Below, one piece after another: positions 1-15,601 of a stretch of DNA of 64,000 bases. This DNA is from Guillardia theta CCMP2712 (Eukaryota > Protista > Cryptophyta). The stretch spans positions 604,918-668,917 of the forward strand of contig NW_005434641.1 of the NCBI RefSeq assembly GCF_000315625.1. Reading direction: 5' to 3'. Each line of letters starts with the position of its first letter. The stretch's first letter is position 1. The notes under the pieces are model-generated. The model was not told the origin of the DNA, searched no databases, and saw nothing but the letters and a program-made list of their open reading frames with translations. Position numbers and translations under genes: made by a program.

Positions 1-110
1 GACGACGACGAAGATGATGATGATGATCATGATGATGATGACGCCTCCTCCTCCTCCTCCTCCTCCTCCTCCTCCTCCTCCTCCTCCTCCTCCTCCTCCT
101 CCTCCTCCTT
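1..110. repeat. (GAC)/(GAT)n followed by (CCT)n microsatellite
   Basis: Direct reading. Confidence 0.95.
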
Positions 111-747
111 ACGCTTCTCCTTGCAGCGGCGACCTCACGATGTCATATCCTGAGCTCCCCCGTGCAGGGGGAGCGGAGGGGAGCGACGGGAGATCTGCAG
201 GTCCGAAGGAGGAGGAGAAGCCCTGGGACTCGTGCGGAGGATGAGGATGAAGAGGAGGAGGATGAGGAGGATAGAGGAAATCGTGAGGATGGAGGACAGG
301 AGGCGTTAAGTCTCTCCAGTGCATCCTCATTACTTCCTTCATCGCCTCCCTCCCTCTCTTCCTCAGCGCCTCCTGAACTCCTCCTTTCAGGCTTCAGAGG
401 ACCGGTCTTGCATCCTCTTACCTGCAGCGACTCCTCTGCGCACAGCTTCTCGATCGTCTTGAGAACGATCGCATGCTCCAAAAAGATGCTGCGGAATCAG
501 CCATCAGCGAGTTGTCAAGATTTCTTCACATCCTCCCCTCCCTCCCTTTCATCCTCCTGCTCCCTCCCTCCCGACCTTATCGTCCCTCGCCTACTTCAAT
601 CCTCCTGCCCCCGTCGTCTGCTCCCCTTCACTTCAACCTTCTCATAAAAATGCTCTTGAAGCTCTTCAACTTGAAGCTCTCCACGTGTTCGTCCCTGATC
701 CTCCTCTTCCTTCGTTTATCTCTTCCTCATTCCTCCCCTCCCCTCCC

Positions 748-1573
748 NNNNNNNNNNNNNNNNNNNNNNNNNNNNNNNNNNNNNNNNNNNNNNNNNNNNN
801 NNNNNNNNNNNNNNNNNNNNNNNNNNNNNNNNNNNNNNNNNNNNNNNNNNNNNNNNNNNNNNNNNNNNNNNNNNNNNNNNNNNNNNNNNNNNNNNNNNNN
901 NNNNNNNNNNNNNNNNNNNNNNNNNNNNNNNNNNNNNNNNNNNNNNNNNNNNNNNNNNNNNNNNNNNNNNNNNNNNNNNNNNNNNNNNNNNNNNNNNNNN
1001 NNNNNNNNNNNNNNNNNNNNNNNNNNNNNNNNNNNNNNNNNNNNNNNNNNNNNNNNNNNNNNNNNNNNNNNNNNNNNNNNNNNNNNNNNNNNNNNNNNNN
1101 NNNNNNNNNNNNNNNNNNNNNNNNNNNNNNNNNNNNNNNNNNNNNNNNNNNNNNNNNNNNNNNNNNNNNNNNNNNNNNNNNNNNNNNNNNNNNNNNNNNN
1201 NNNNNNNNNNNNNNNNNNNNNNNNNNNNNNNNNNNNNNNNNNNNNNNNNNNNNNNNNNNNNNNNNNNNNNNNNNNNNNNNNNNNNNNNNNNNNNNNNNNN
1301 NNNNNNNNNNNNNNNNNNNNNNNNNNNNNNNNNNNNNNNNNNNNNNNNNNNNNNNNNNNNNNNNNNNNNNNNNNNNNNNNNNNNNNNNNNNNNNNNNNNN
1401 NNNNNNNNNNNNNNNNNNNNNNNNNNNNNNNNNNNNNNNNNNNNNNNNNNNNNNNNNNNNNNNNNNNNNNNNNNNNNNNNNNNNNNNNNNNNNNNNNNNN
1501 NNNNNNNNNNNNNNNNNNNNNNNNNNNNNNNNNNNNNNNNNNNNNNNNNNNNNNNNNNNNNNNNNNNNNNNNN
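748..1573. other. Assembly gap (N run)
   Basis: Run of N; further gaps at 31055-31210 and 40569-40668. Confidence 0.99.
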
Positions 1574-2891
1574 CAGCGGCGGTCGTGATGACGATGAGCG
1601 CGAGGAATGCGAAGGAGGAGGAGAGAAGAGAGAGCATGGCGACTGTACTGAGCGAGAAGAGCCTGATGCGCATCCTCCACGAGCGGGAGAGGGTCAGGAA
1701 GCAGCTCAAGTCAACTCTAGGCAGCATCTTTGACGGTGAAGGAGCACGGGGAGGGGACAGAGAGGAGAGGGCGAAGAATGTGCATCCTGTTATGCCAGAG
1801 GAAACGAGCGGAGGAAGAGGCAGGGGCAGGGGAACAACGGCGCAAGACATCCCTCGCTTCATGAGGAAGGCATACAGTGACGTGGAAAGGCGAGGGAAAG
1901 GAAGGGAAGAGCCGAGAGCTAGAGAGACTTGGCAGGGGATGAGGAAGGACTGGAAACCCTTCGATCCTTCCAAGAGTCTCGCAGAGCAACAGAATCTGTC
2001 AGGGAACCAAGTCATCAGCAGCATGATGAAAGCTCCATCTGCCAGCGGCAGCACGCCGGTAAGAGGCATACAAGGCAGCAAGGGAGCCAAAGAGGGAGCA
2101 CATGAGAAGGTGTGCCTCTCTCTTGCGATCTTTCACCTTCTGCTCAAACTGCATGCACAACTGTCGTCTTCGCCTTCTGTAACATTCCTCTTCCTCTTCT
2201 CCTACAGAGTGCCAACGCTGCTAGCGACGGGTGTTCCTCGGACTGGTTCGCCCACCCTCTCGATTGTATCCGCAAGGCCTACCATGGAAGGATGAAGGGG
2301 ACGAAGTTTGAGCGTGTGGGAAGGTGAGGAGGAGCATGCATCCTGTTTGTGCTGAGACTGTGCCAGTGCCCCCTCCTCCTCGACCTCAGCTGAAGGCCTG
2401 ACACAGGAGAGAGAAAAGGTAGCGCGTGAAGTAGCCCAGGGCATGTTGAGGTGAGAGGAGGAGAGGAGCAGGGCAGTAGAGCGCGTGATATCTGTGTGCC
2501 AGCGGCACCATCCGAGTCCCAGAGCACAGCAAACTCGCTGCTTCCATCCAGCGAGCACGCGAGGCGCTGGACGAGAAGCTAGCGGCTGAGGCCAAGGACG
2601 TGAAACCTCCTGAGGTAGCGTCGGTCACGACGAGGAGGAAGGAGGCACACGGCAAGAAAGCTTCCTCCTCCCCTCGGAACCACGGAGGCTCCAGGGAGAC
2701 GGCCGATCCTCTTCAAGATGCTGCTGTGGCTACTCCAACGTCCTCTCGGGCCCCTCCCCGTCGGAAACTATCGGCAGGGCAGCTGCTGAGCATCGTGCGT
2801 TCAAGGGAGAGGAGAAGGCGCATGGTCAGCATGTTCAAGGAAAAGAAGGACATTGAAGATGCTGAGCAAGCATACAAGGAGGGAGAGGTCC

Positions 2892-2956
<65 letters not shown>

Positions 2957-4065
2957 CGCTCTTCTCTCGCTCGTTCTTACCGAAAGTGTGTCAGCTCGCC
3001 GCGCAGGCCTACCAGAAGGGTCAGCTCGATGCGAGAGAATATGAGGCTGGGTTACAAGGTGCCCCTTCTAACCCTCCCCCTTGTCCAGCTGCTCTTCTGA
3101 TCTCCATCCTCAACTTTCCTCCGCTCCTTCCTCCCTTCCAGTGTCATCCTCCTCGTCTGCTCGCTCCCTTCGTCCCTTGCCAACCAAACATGGATTCTTG
3201 ACACGGATTGGTAGCGGGAAGGAAGTACGGCAAGCTTGCATCGGGGAACGACAACTCCTACGTAGTGCTGCCCCTGAAGCCGAGTGAGCACGAGCACGAG
3301 CACGAGCACGAGGAATTGATGGTGTGCAGGCGAAGCAGCGACAGCAAAGTTCATCCCTTCCCTCCTAACGCTGGCGGTTGCGGAGCAGCGGAGGATGCAG
3401 GTGAGAGAGATTGATGGGCAGCGACAGAGGGCTGAAGTCCGAGAGCAGCAGGAGAAGAAGCAGTGGGACGAAGAGAAGAAGCTAGCAACCTTGCACCAGG
3501 TCTGCCTCCTCCCAGCACTCAAACGCTGAAACTTGTCCAGCTTGCTTCCGCCGCACGCGAGAAGAGGATGGCGCTTGAGGAGGAGGTGCGGCCATCTCCT
3601 GATTCTCGTACGATTCTATCTCATCGCTTCCTGCCACCAGGCAGAAGCACAGCAGAAAGTAATCCGCGAGCTCCAAGCAGCAGCTGCGATGCGGAACAAG
3701 GGGATGCCGGCTAGTGTGCCGATGAAAGCAGAGGCTGAGCAGGACAGTGGGGCGAGCAGAAGGACCCGTTGGAGGTGACTGCGTCTCCCTCCTGATCCGC
3801 GCGTTGACAGACCGGGCAGGCTCTTCTGAAGGACAACACCTTCACTCCCCAGGGCTCCCTCCAGTTAGTTGCCAAGGTGACCGCCCATGCTCCCGATGTT
3901 TCTCATGCCCGAGTAGAACGCAGAGAGGATAGCCTTCGCCACGGCAGCCAGCAAGCTCTATCGGCAGAAGCTGTCGGTAAAGGACCGCTGCACTCCAGGC
4001 CTCTGACATTGAGCAGGAAAAAAGACCTCGCAAAGCTCCATGAAGACGAGAAGGGCGTTCACTGA
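1574..4065 (+). CDS. Multi-exon hypothetical charged/coiled-coil protein, 5' end in gap
   Basis: Open exons (e.g. SEKSLMRILHERERVRKQLK, RRRMVSMFKEKKDIEDAEQAYKEG, AQQKVIRELQ) separated by GT..AG introns; stop after DEKGVH. Confidence 0.55.
2892..2956. repeat. (CTGCTC)n microsatellite, intronic
   Basis: Direct reading. Confidence 0.9.
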
Positions 4066-4302
4066 TATCGGCTTGAAAGCTTCGTAATAGTGAAAGAGAA
4101 GCACAAGGGCGAAACGAAAGCTCAGAGGGAAGAGGTGGCGGGGGTCGAGGGAAAGGGGAAGAGGATGCACAGGACAGGCCGAACGGAGAAGGAACAGGAG
4201 CAAAGTAGCAAGATTGTTGACATCTCAGTAAAGGATTACGAGCATCGCGTTACACACGACATGACATGGAGCATGTTGATCTTGACGCAATCTCCGAAGC
4301 AT

Positions 4303-5416
4303 TTAGCTTCTCTCACGCGACTTCCTTTCACGATTCTCGGTGCGGCCACCTGGAGGGACTAGGATCAGTCGACAACACCCCGAAGGCAGCAGCCTTACCT
4401 GAGGCGCTCCGGCTTCTCTCCCTCCTCTCCCGATCCTGGCGCTGGAATCACTCTCCTCCTTCTCTTGGCTCCTTCCTCACCTTAGGGGGTGACCTTCTCT
4501 CCTTGGAACGGCTGCGAGATCGAGAGCGTCCTCGACGAGGGGACGGCGACCTGCCGTACCGTTTTGGGGACTCGTCGTATCTTCCGCCGTACCCTCCTCC
4601 TCCCCCTCCTCCTCCTCCTCCTCCACGTCGTCCTCCTCCTCCTCCTCCTCCTCGCCCGTTGCTGATCTCAACTCTGATCCACGGTCAAGGGAAGCAAAGA
4701 CAATCCTGATATTCATCACCTTACTCGGTTTCCGAGGAGGTCCCTTCCGTCTTGATCACGGCAGGCATCCTTCTACGAGAAGGAGGATCAGATTTGTAGT
4801 CAAGCACATCTGTCATCTTCCATCGCGCTGTTGGCGCGTCCAGTACGGACGGAGCAGGCGATGGAACGCTAGACAACGATGGGCAGCATAATCGCAGACA
4901 TAGAAGGCAGGATGGACGGAAGGGAGTGCAGCAGGAGGGAGTCGTCGCTGTGTTGAGCGGCTCGATGGGTGGCGATGAAGAGCAACAAGAAGTCGCAGCT
5001 CAAGGCGATCGAACGGACATGTGTCTTTCTCTCAGGCTCCTTGCAGGAGCACGAGGACAGATGGGAGAAAGTACCGCGTCTCTCTCATCCTCGAACCAAA
5101 CAAAGCCGAAGCCAGGAGGCTTGCGCGCCACCCAGGCATCGTTGAGCTGCCCGAACCCACGGAAGAAATCGCGAAGATCTCTGCTCTCGGCGTGGGCAGG
5201 GAGATTCCCGACAAACACCTGCACCGTTGGTAAGCCACCAACATGTCAAGCCTGTGCGCTATCATGAGGCCGTTCCCTCCCTGCCTCCCTCCTAAAGCTC
5301 CCAGCCTCCAGCCAACTCACTCCATCCTCTTCAAGAAACTCCTTCTTGCTCCTCCTCCTGCTGCTGCCGCCCCCTCCTCGACATACCTTTGTGCCCTTGT
5401 TGTAGTCAGACGGCAT
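4303..5416 (-). CDS. SR splicing factor, SRSF3/SRp20-like (RRM, Gly-rich linker, RS domain)
   Basis: Spliced: MPSDYNKGTK|VFVGNLPAHAESRDLRDFFRGFGQLNDAWVARKPPGFGFVWFEDERDA|KDACRDQDGRDLLGNRVR|VEISNGRGGG...RSPSPRRGRSRSRSRSKERRSPPK. The RNP2/RNP1 motifs and WVARKPPGF match the SRSF3/7 type; no zinc knuckle seen. Confidence 0.9.
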
Positions 5417-5579
5417 TGCGGCAGTGGCCTCGCTAAAGTTCTGCCTCTGCAGGGTTCCGCGTCCTTGACTTGGGAATGTTCCAAAAAATCACACTAAAAG
5501 TTCCTGATATCGACACGAGAAGTTCTCAGAATGGACCCAATTTGGAACTTTAGCCATCCGTTTCTTGAAAGTTCAGCCC

Positions 5580-6160
5580 TGCCCCTCGAGCGGCGGCGGC
5601 AAGAAGCCGCGGCCCGCCTCAGGTATTTTATTGAAATTTCCTAGTTTAAATTCAACTTTTCACTGCAAATGTTCTCGATATAAATAAGTTTGATATTGGG
5701 CCTTCCCGGTGCGTGCGCGGCGGCCCACGAGTCACAGTGCGGCGACGCCGCCCGGCGGGCCGGGCGGGGCGGGCGGGGCGGCCCGGCCCGGTTTTTGTCA
5801 CTGAAGTCAAAATTTACGGCCCGATCCGCCGTGACCCCAGGCTGACCCACCCACCGGCCCGGCCCGGCCGGGCCGTGACGATCCGATCGGTCAGCCACCG
5901 TGGCACCGGCGCCGGTGCCAAAGTTGAAACTTCAGTATTCACTGAAGCACCGGCGGCCCGGCCCGCCGCGAACTTGAATTTAGGCGTCTGGCAAAAGTTT
6001 CAAACTTTTCAGCGTTGAACCGTCCCGGCCCGGCAAGCCCGCCTGTTGAATCGGACTCCGAATGTGGCACACCGGCGGTGGCTCCTTTAACTTAACTCAA
6101 GTAACTTTGCCGAGTAACACTGACTGGTACTGATTTTTAACTTAACTTTGAGTAAAGAAG
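5580..6160. promoter_or_regulatory. GC-rich palindromic intergenic block ending in the conserved ACTCAAAGTTAAGTTAAA core (minus strand, 6136-6153)
   Basis: CCGG/GGCC/GAGTCAC-rich; perfect 20-bp palindrome at 5901-5920; lies in a divergent intergenic region. Confidence 0.5.
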
Positions 6161-6379
6161 GCTAGCCGCGCAGTAGGAACCCATCGCCATGTCCTTTGGG
6201 CGCAGGAAACGGCGTCGGGTAACCATTTCGTTCGTATTTATATAGTCTAGAGACAATTTCAAAATTGAATGCAATCAAATCAAAAGTTCAAAGTGAACTT
6301 GAAGTTCCCTTCTAGGCTTGCCGCCGACCCCGAACTGTATTCCTGAGATTCTGATTTATAAAGTGTAGTAAAGAAGCAT

Positions 6380-8170
6380 TGCGGGGGTGCATTTGACCAG
6401 GGCAAAGGGGGTGGTACAAGTCTGTTCTGTAGATATGTTTTAGAGAGTCGCAGGCGGAACAGTTTCTGTAGCCCTGGAAGAAGTTCTAGGGCCGTCAAGG
6501 GGGTGGGGGTCCTCCAAAGTCTCAAGGTTGCTGGTAGGGGCATCCGAGTCTTGCGATAGTAAAGAGGGTACCTGATATTCATTATGACTTTACTTAAGGA
6601 AAGTGAGAGGAAGGACATTGTATGTGGGATGGGGTTGAACCGACTTCAAGGGTTCTAGATTCATGGGTAGGGGTAGTCTCTCGACCTCACTCCGACGGTG
6701 GATTTTCAAGCCATGCCAGGACGCGCGTGCTCAACGTTGGGGTAGGGGGGCACTTAGTGTTGGAGGGTAGTCAATAGTGTCGGAAAACACGGGTTCTTTC
6801 TGCTGTTAAAAGACCGGTATCGAACCATTTTTGTAGGTAGGGGTAGTATTGTGGGTGGGTAGCCACACGTGCAGGGCACGTCAACACGTGACCCCCGAAC
6901 CGAAACGTGACTCGTGCGACACCCCCGTAATAAAAAAGATTTTTAGAACACCCAGTAAATCACAGGACCGGTGGGGTACTCGAAACAAGTAAAATGGACA
7001 GAAAACTGGCAGGGAAATTAGGGGTGGGGGTGGTAACAGAAGGGGTAGTGGGAAGGCGCCCCAGTTACAAGCAGAGGAGATTTGTTTTTTGGGCTCAAAA
7101 AGACAGACAGGAACACTGAGGGCCATGGGGGGTGGGGTGATGAGAGCCAAGCAGGGACAAAGGTTGTACATGAGAGCGTTTTAGGGGTGGGGGGTGATAA
7201 GGTCCAATGAATTTAGCTATAGATGGAAGGTAAGTCCTTATCGTCTAATACTAGACTTAAATAAAAGATGTTTATCAAATAGAAGGGAGATGGAGAGAAG
7301 CAGATTGCGGGGGTAGGGGTGGGATAATTCGTAGATTGACATGATTATTATTTCATTACCATGGGGTGGGTAGTGAGTGTGTGATTTTATTGGATGTTTG
7401 GGAGATTTTGAGATCTTGAGCGAAGGGGTTTTAGGGGGTGGGGGTGATCATGGTCACGAGACGAAAAATACAAGGTAGGGTGGCGAACGGTGGGGGTGAA
7501 GAAATGAGAATGCTGGTCCTGTCGCTCTCAAAGGGGTGGGGTACATACTTTGAAGGCAAGGCAGGGGTCTTTTTCGCCATAAGTCTTTCTATAACGTGAA
7601 CAGTTCTTCATTTTTCTTTCTTACATAACAAGAATTTGTACGATAGACATCATTGACTGTATTCTGTTAGTACTAGAATAAAAATAATAGTATATCGTTC
7701 TCCTTTATGTCCGCGAATGGGTTCTGAGCGAGTCAACAGAGGGTAGTCCATGTAGATTTGTAAAGCAGGGTGGGTAGACCTGTTGAAACACGGGTTACCC
7801 AGACCCCTACCCATGCAGTGAAGGGAAAGTCGGAGGTGGGGTAGGGTAATCTTGAAGCTCGAAGGGGGTTGGTTCTGTTTGAGCCACGAATGATGCCAGA
7901 AGTCCGAAGACTGGACGGAGGGGGGGTGGGTGGGTCAAGACTACCCCTACTCACAAATAGATTTCCGGTAGTTTATGGGCCACCGACAGGGGGTACTGAC
8001 TGAGGGGTGGGTACTTTAGGAAAGGTTCATGGGAAGAAAAGAAGGTCACTGGTGGCGTCCATGGGGTGGGGGTGAGGAGGGGGTGGGGTGGTATGAAAGG
8101 GACAGAGGGGGGTGGAGCTTACACGGGGGGGCAATAAGAACGGGGGCGGGAGGGTACACGAGGAACTGCC
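6380..8170 (+). promoter_or_regulatory. GGGGT(G/A)GGGGT-rich intergenic block with AT-rich patches
   Basis: Many GGGGTGGGG/GGGTAGGG runs; no credible coding frame. Confidence 0.45.
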
Positions 8171-8511
8171 AGGAGGCTGCGACACACGGCAGGCTACAAC
8201 TGAGGACAGGAGGAACGAAAGGGCGAGAGAGGAAGAGCACTGACGAGGAGAAGGAGAAGCAGAGAGACAGCAGGAACACGCCCAGATCCTTCAACACAGC
8301 TGCGAGAGAGTTGCCTTTGATCGGAGCTGAAGCGAGGCAGGAACAGCTGTAAGAGTACTTTCAGCACAACCCAGCGCAGAGGGAGTATTGTTCGGTGTGA
8401 GGACAGGAAGAGAGCGAGTCTTCTTCGTCTGCTACACTTGCTGGCACAGCAGAAGCTCGTTTCCTTCGGATTCTGTTTCCTGCCCCAGCATTTCTGTGTA
8501 TATTCACCAAA

Positions 8512-9366
8512 ATGTGCCAAAAAGTCGAAACCAGATGCGACGAGGGTTCGCCGTTGGTCACCCTCAGGAAGATCTTGAGCCAGCGGACTCCGCTGAATGC
8601 ATCCGAAGCTACATGGATCCTCAGGCCTCTCCTGATCGCGGTCGCTGAGCTGCATGAGAGGAAGGAGGTACACGGCAAGATTGATTTGGACAGCATTGCG
8701 ATCGAGTTCTTGCATGACCGCTCAGGGCACCTTCACTTAACTCAGCCGGACCATCAGCCATCAGCGAGATGCTCCTCTAACGTCGTACCTCCCGAAGTCG
8801 CAGGAGGAGGAGACTGGACGGCAGCAGGCGACATCTGGCGAGTAGGGTGCATTGCCCTTCACTTGGTGCTCGGGCATGATTACGACCTCGCTGGGGTTGG
8901 GTCTCAACTTCCGATGCTTCCTACCGGCGTTTCCTTTGACTTTGTGGACTTTCTCATGGACTGCATGAGCCCGGATCCCGAGGAGAGGCTGTCTGCAGAG
9001 GAGCTCCTTGAGCACGCTTACCTCATGGACGAGGTGGACGAACTGATTGATTCCATCGACAATGCCCTCCTCCTCTCTTCTGAGGGCAAGCAGGAGGAGG
9101 GAGCGTGCAGGCCGCAGATTGTTCCTGCTCTTCCCTCCAGGGGTCACTTGCTGTTCTCCATGCCTTCCCACACAGCGAGATGTCGAAGGTGCACCTGCCA
9201 TACCGAAGAGTGTGGGGAGGACAAGGCGGCTGCTGACTGCGACTGCGAGTCAGACAGCAGTGATCTCTCACCCAAGTCTGCAGCTCCAACCAAGAGGAGG
9301 CACTTCGAAGGGATGGGCATGCCCGACCTGGCGGCCAAACGCCCTCGCAGCTGCCTGTGTGCGTGA
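8512..9366 (+). CDS. Intronless protein-kinase-like C-lobe, probable pseudokinase
   Basis: LLIAVAELHERKEVHGKID (catalytic loop region), PPEV (APE), GDIWRVGCI (subdomain IX), DFLMDCMSPDPEERLSAEELLEHAYL (XI). No Gly loop, VAIK, HRD or DFG seen. Confidence 0.75.
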   Translation: MCQKVETRCDEGSPLVTLRKILSQRTPLNASEATWILRPLLIAVAELHERKEVHGKIDLDSIAIEFLHDRSGHLHLTQPDHQPSARCSSNVVPPEVAGGGDWTAAGDIWRVGCIALHLVLGHDYDLAGVGSQLPMLPTGVSFDFVDFLMDCMSPDPEERLSAEELLEHAYLMDEVDELIDSIDNALLLSSEGKQEEGACRPQIVPALPSRGHLLFSMPSHTARCRRCTCHTEECGEDKAAADCDCESDSSDLSPKSAAPTKRRHFEGMGMPDLAAKRPRSCLCA

Positions 9367-9529
9367 AGGGCAACTATGCTTTGCCTGATTTTGTTTTTTT
9401 TCCATGTTCATTTCAATATTGTAGAGATATGATGTGTGCTATGTAATATTACGTCACTTTGGCTGTCAATAAAGTGATGACTTCGTATCAAAAACTTTGA
9501 CTTGAGTGCGGAAAAAACAACAGGCACTC

Positions 9530-11711
9530 ACAGGATCTCTTCACATGTGGTTGGTTGGGATGATGGGGAAACTTCGGCTCGAGTCTGAGATGGTCCAGGA
9601 CGTCGGGAGCAGAGGTGACTTTGCCCCGTCTTCAGGAGACATTCCTCTCTCCCCCCCCTTCCTCCTTATGCTCCTCTGCAAGCACATATGAGACGTCACC
9701 AGCCTCGCTCTGCCCCTCTCCTCCTCCACCTTTCTCGTCTTTTGCTCGAATCCTCTCGCTTGCTTCGGATCAGCCGCCAGTTCACCACGCACGCCCTCGT
9801 CCTCCTCGACGCGGTTGCGCACAGTCTTAGTAGTCCCCAAGAACACTGGCGGCACGTCAGACTGAGAGCACATCCTCGCAAGCACAGCAGGCGCACTCAT
9901 GCTCATGTCCTGCACGCGGATGGCTCTCTGTCCTGGCATGTCAGACGCGAGCAGAGGGAGCAGAAGCTGTGCCTGAGGTGTCTTGGAGCGAGAGAAGACA
10001 GCTGGAGTCCTGCCGGTCGGGCCGAAGACGCTGGGAAGTTTGTACTGTCCTGCGTGCAGCAGTTGAGCGGCGGCAGGAGGTGCCGGGCAGTTACCGATGG
10101 GGATCATGCTGGAGTCGGAGTAGAGAGTGCCCGAGGTGAATCTGCATTACGTGAAGGTGACGAGGAGAGGAGAGGAGAACAACGAGGGGCAGAAGGAGGA
10201 GGAAGAGCACAGAAAGAGTAACAAAGGGCACAGCAGGTGGGCAGGAGAGGAAGGAGGAGAAATCAGGGGCAGGGAGGAGCAAGGAGGAGAAGGGGAGGAA
10301 GGCGGAAGGGAATGACAGAGAAGGACCTGCACTGCGGGTCGAAGTTCGAGTTCGAGTGGAGGCCGAGGCGTTGCCTCCTGCTGCCTGCAAACGCCGGCTT
10401 CTCGTCAAGCAGCACGCGGGAGACGTATCCTGACGTCCATCCGGCCCTCCGAGAGACCTCGGCCGCGAGTCTTCTTGGCTGTAGCTGCTCCGTCGGTTTG
10501 TGGACCTGCGAGGACTTGGGCTTGTTCTTCCACCAGCAGCTCGCGGTGGACAGGGTGCTCTAGAGCAGAGTCACGAGCTACCAGGACAGCAAGCAGGAGC
10601 TCGTACGTAGAGTCTGGTGGTTGAGAACCGTTCCCCGTGCAGCTGCTCCAGCAGGGTGTCGTCGAGCGTCGCATGCGAGGAGGCGGCGTCTTCATGCTCC
10701 TGTCGCTGACGGCCTCGCTGAGCTTCCTCCTGCTTCAGGAAGGCAAACGTCTCCCTCTCCATCCTCGGCAGCGCCCCTGAGCTCTGCTCCTCGGGTGATG
10801 GCAGCGAGCAGATGAAGTCTAAGGGGACAGTCAGACGGTCGCCACCAACACTCCGACCTTCCTTCATCCGGTGAGTCCAGCAGGAGGTGCTGCAAGGAAA
10901 CTTCCTGCAGCTCTTGGCCTCTCTCTAGAGATTCTTGGGAGAAAGATGAAAATCTGGGCATGCGCACCTCCATCTCCCTCCTCCCTTCTTGTTCCAGCAT
11001 CTAAGACAGGCAGGAGATGGCGATCAAACCAGTCTCTTCATGTCTCTCTTCATGTCCCTGTTCATGTCCCTGTTCATGTCTCTCTTCATGTCTCTCTTCA
11101 TGTCTCTCTTCATGTCTCTCTTCATGTCTCTCTTCATGTCCCTGTTCATGTCTTCTTTCTTCCCCTTGGCTCCCCGCTGCTGTCATGTTGCACCTTGTGG
11201 CCCCACGACATTCCAGCAGCGTCAAGGAGGGAGAGCAGGTTTTACCTTGTTCGATCGCATGTTCACCTCATTCATGCTCAAAAAACGTTCACGTCATTGA
11301 TGGATGAGATTCAGCTCCTAGCAAGCACCGTGTTGGTCATCTCAGCTCTCCCCCTGCTGAACAGAGCGTCACTAACTTCACCTCGTTGTCACGGCATCTT
11401 CTCAGATTCACTGTGATCCTAACTTGATGACTAATCAAGTTGTTATGCTACTGCTGAAAAGAGTCTCACAGTCTCTCTAATTGCTGCATGCTAGGCTGAC
11501 CCTCCCGCTATCACCCCGCTGCGCCATGCAGCGGTCTGCCTGGCTGTAGCTGCGGCCCCCGGGTTAGGGGCCCGACTCGGACCAACGTAGGGTGCAGTGC
11601 TACCGCCGCGAGACGGAGAGGCGGCCCCCCGTACGGTAGCACTCACTGACTCTCAGCAGCTCTCAGTCTTCGCGCTCGCCCTTCATCGCCCTCGGTCGCC
11701 ATCATCGCCAT
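9530..11711 (-). CDS. Multi-exon hypothetical protein
   Basis: Candidate start MAMMATEGDEGRARRLRAAES followed by a gtgagt donor; further open segments between GT-AG introns; no recognisable domain; boundaries approximate. Confidence 0.4.
11034..11152. repeat. 12-bp tandem repeat (TCTTCATGTCTC / TGTTCATGTCCC variants)
   Basis: About 10 copies read directly; HEER/HEQG in one minus-strand frame. Confidence 0.9.
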
Positions 11712-12353
11712 GAGGTGCCAGGGCGGTCGGGCGCTACCGTTGGTCGTTTGTTACTGAGAGGGATGGTGACTTGTATGACTGATAGATAACAGGGTATGAT
11801 TGATAGATAGCCACGTATACTTATAGATATAATGTTTAAGGCTCCAAGGCTTTTCATCGAAGCCTCTAAAAAGAGAGTAGATGATCGTAAAGCGAGTTCA
11901 CCTCAATAAAACAATATTGACTACAAGAAGACAGAGAGTAGCTATTATACATAAATAGTCCTGCCTTAGTGGGGAATTTGTCATCCACGTGGAGGCGGAC
12001 TCGACGGTTGGCCCACAGCTACGGGGGATATGGAGGCAGAGCAAGGAGAGGGCGAGAGAGGGAGAGAGGGAGAGAGGGAGAGAGGAAAGCAGAGCAGAGG
12101 AGCTACACGACCATAGCACAACCAGGCATCAACAGGAAGAGGAGAAACATGTGTGGATAACGTGGCGGATGCTTGCGATGCGGGGGAAGGCGAATGCGAA
12201 CAAGTTCAGGGACGTGGACAAGTCAACGCTCTCGGCGACCACTCAGCGGGCCGTGACAAAGTCGTCGGGCATGGCAATCACATAAGCAAGACGCCTGACT
12301 GAGACTGACCGTCGTCGGCATTCTGCGGGAGCAAGTCTAACCCCGTGAAGTAG

Positions 12354-15309
<2,956 letters not shown>

Positions 15310-15601
15310 GCATCGCAAACCTCACCAGGACTCGAATGTCTCATTGCTCGGAATGTGATGCTCCTGCGCTCATGTTATTGTTTATCTGCCATAGTTACGG
15401 TCACGTTTCAGACCAACTTGAGATTCATTTCTAGATGTCAAACTGTCAATAGCAAGCATGATGTATGTACATGAACCTCCTCCCCCACCTACCCCCCTTT
15501 ACTACTATCCTTATAAGTATCCTACCACCCCCTGCACCATTTCCCCGCCAAAAAAAGTTTGTGGCTCGGCATCAGTTGACCATGGCCATAGCCGGGAATT
15601 C

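Noticed and set aside
473-2295. Long ORFs in the track spanning 748-1573 (and those crossing the other gaps)
   Set aside because: They are artefacts of translating N runs.
6165-6235. Structured-looking GC stretch beside the 18-bp core, considered as a ribozyme or ncRNA
   Set aside because: I could not build the HDV double pseudoknot or find the hammerhead CUGAUGA/GAAA core; an Infernal search would be needed.
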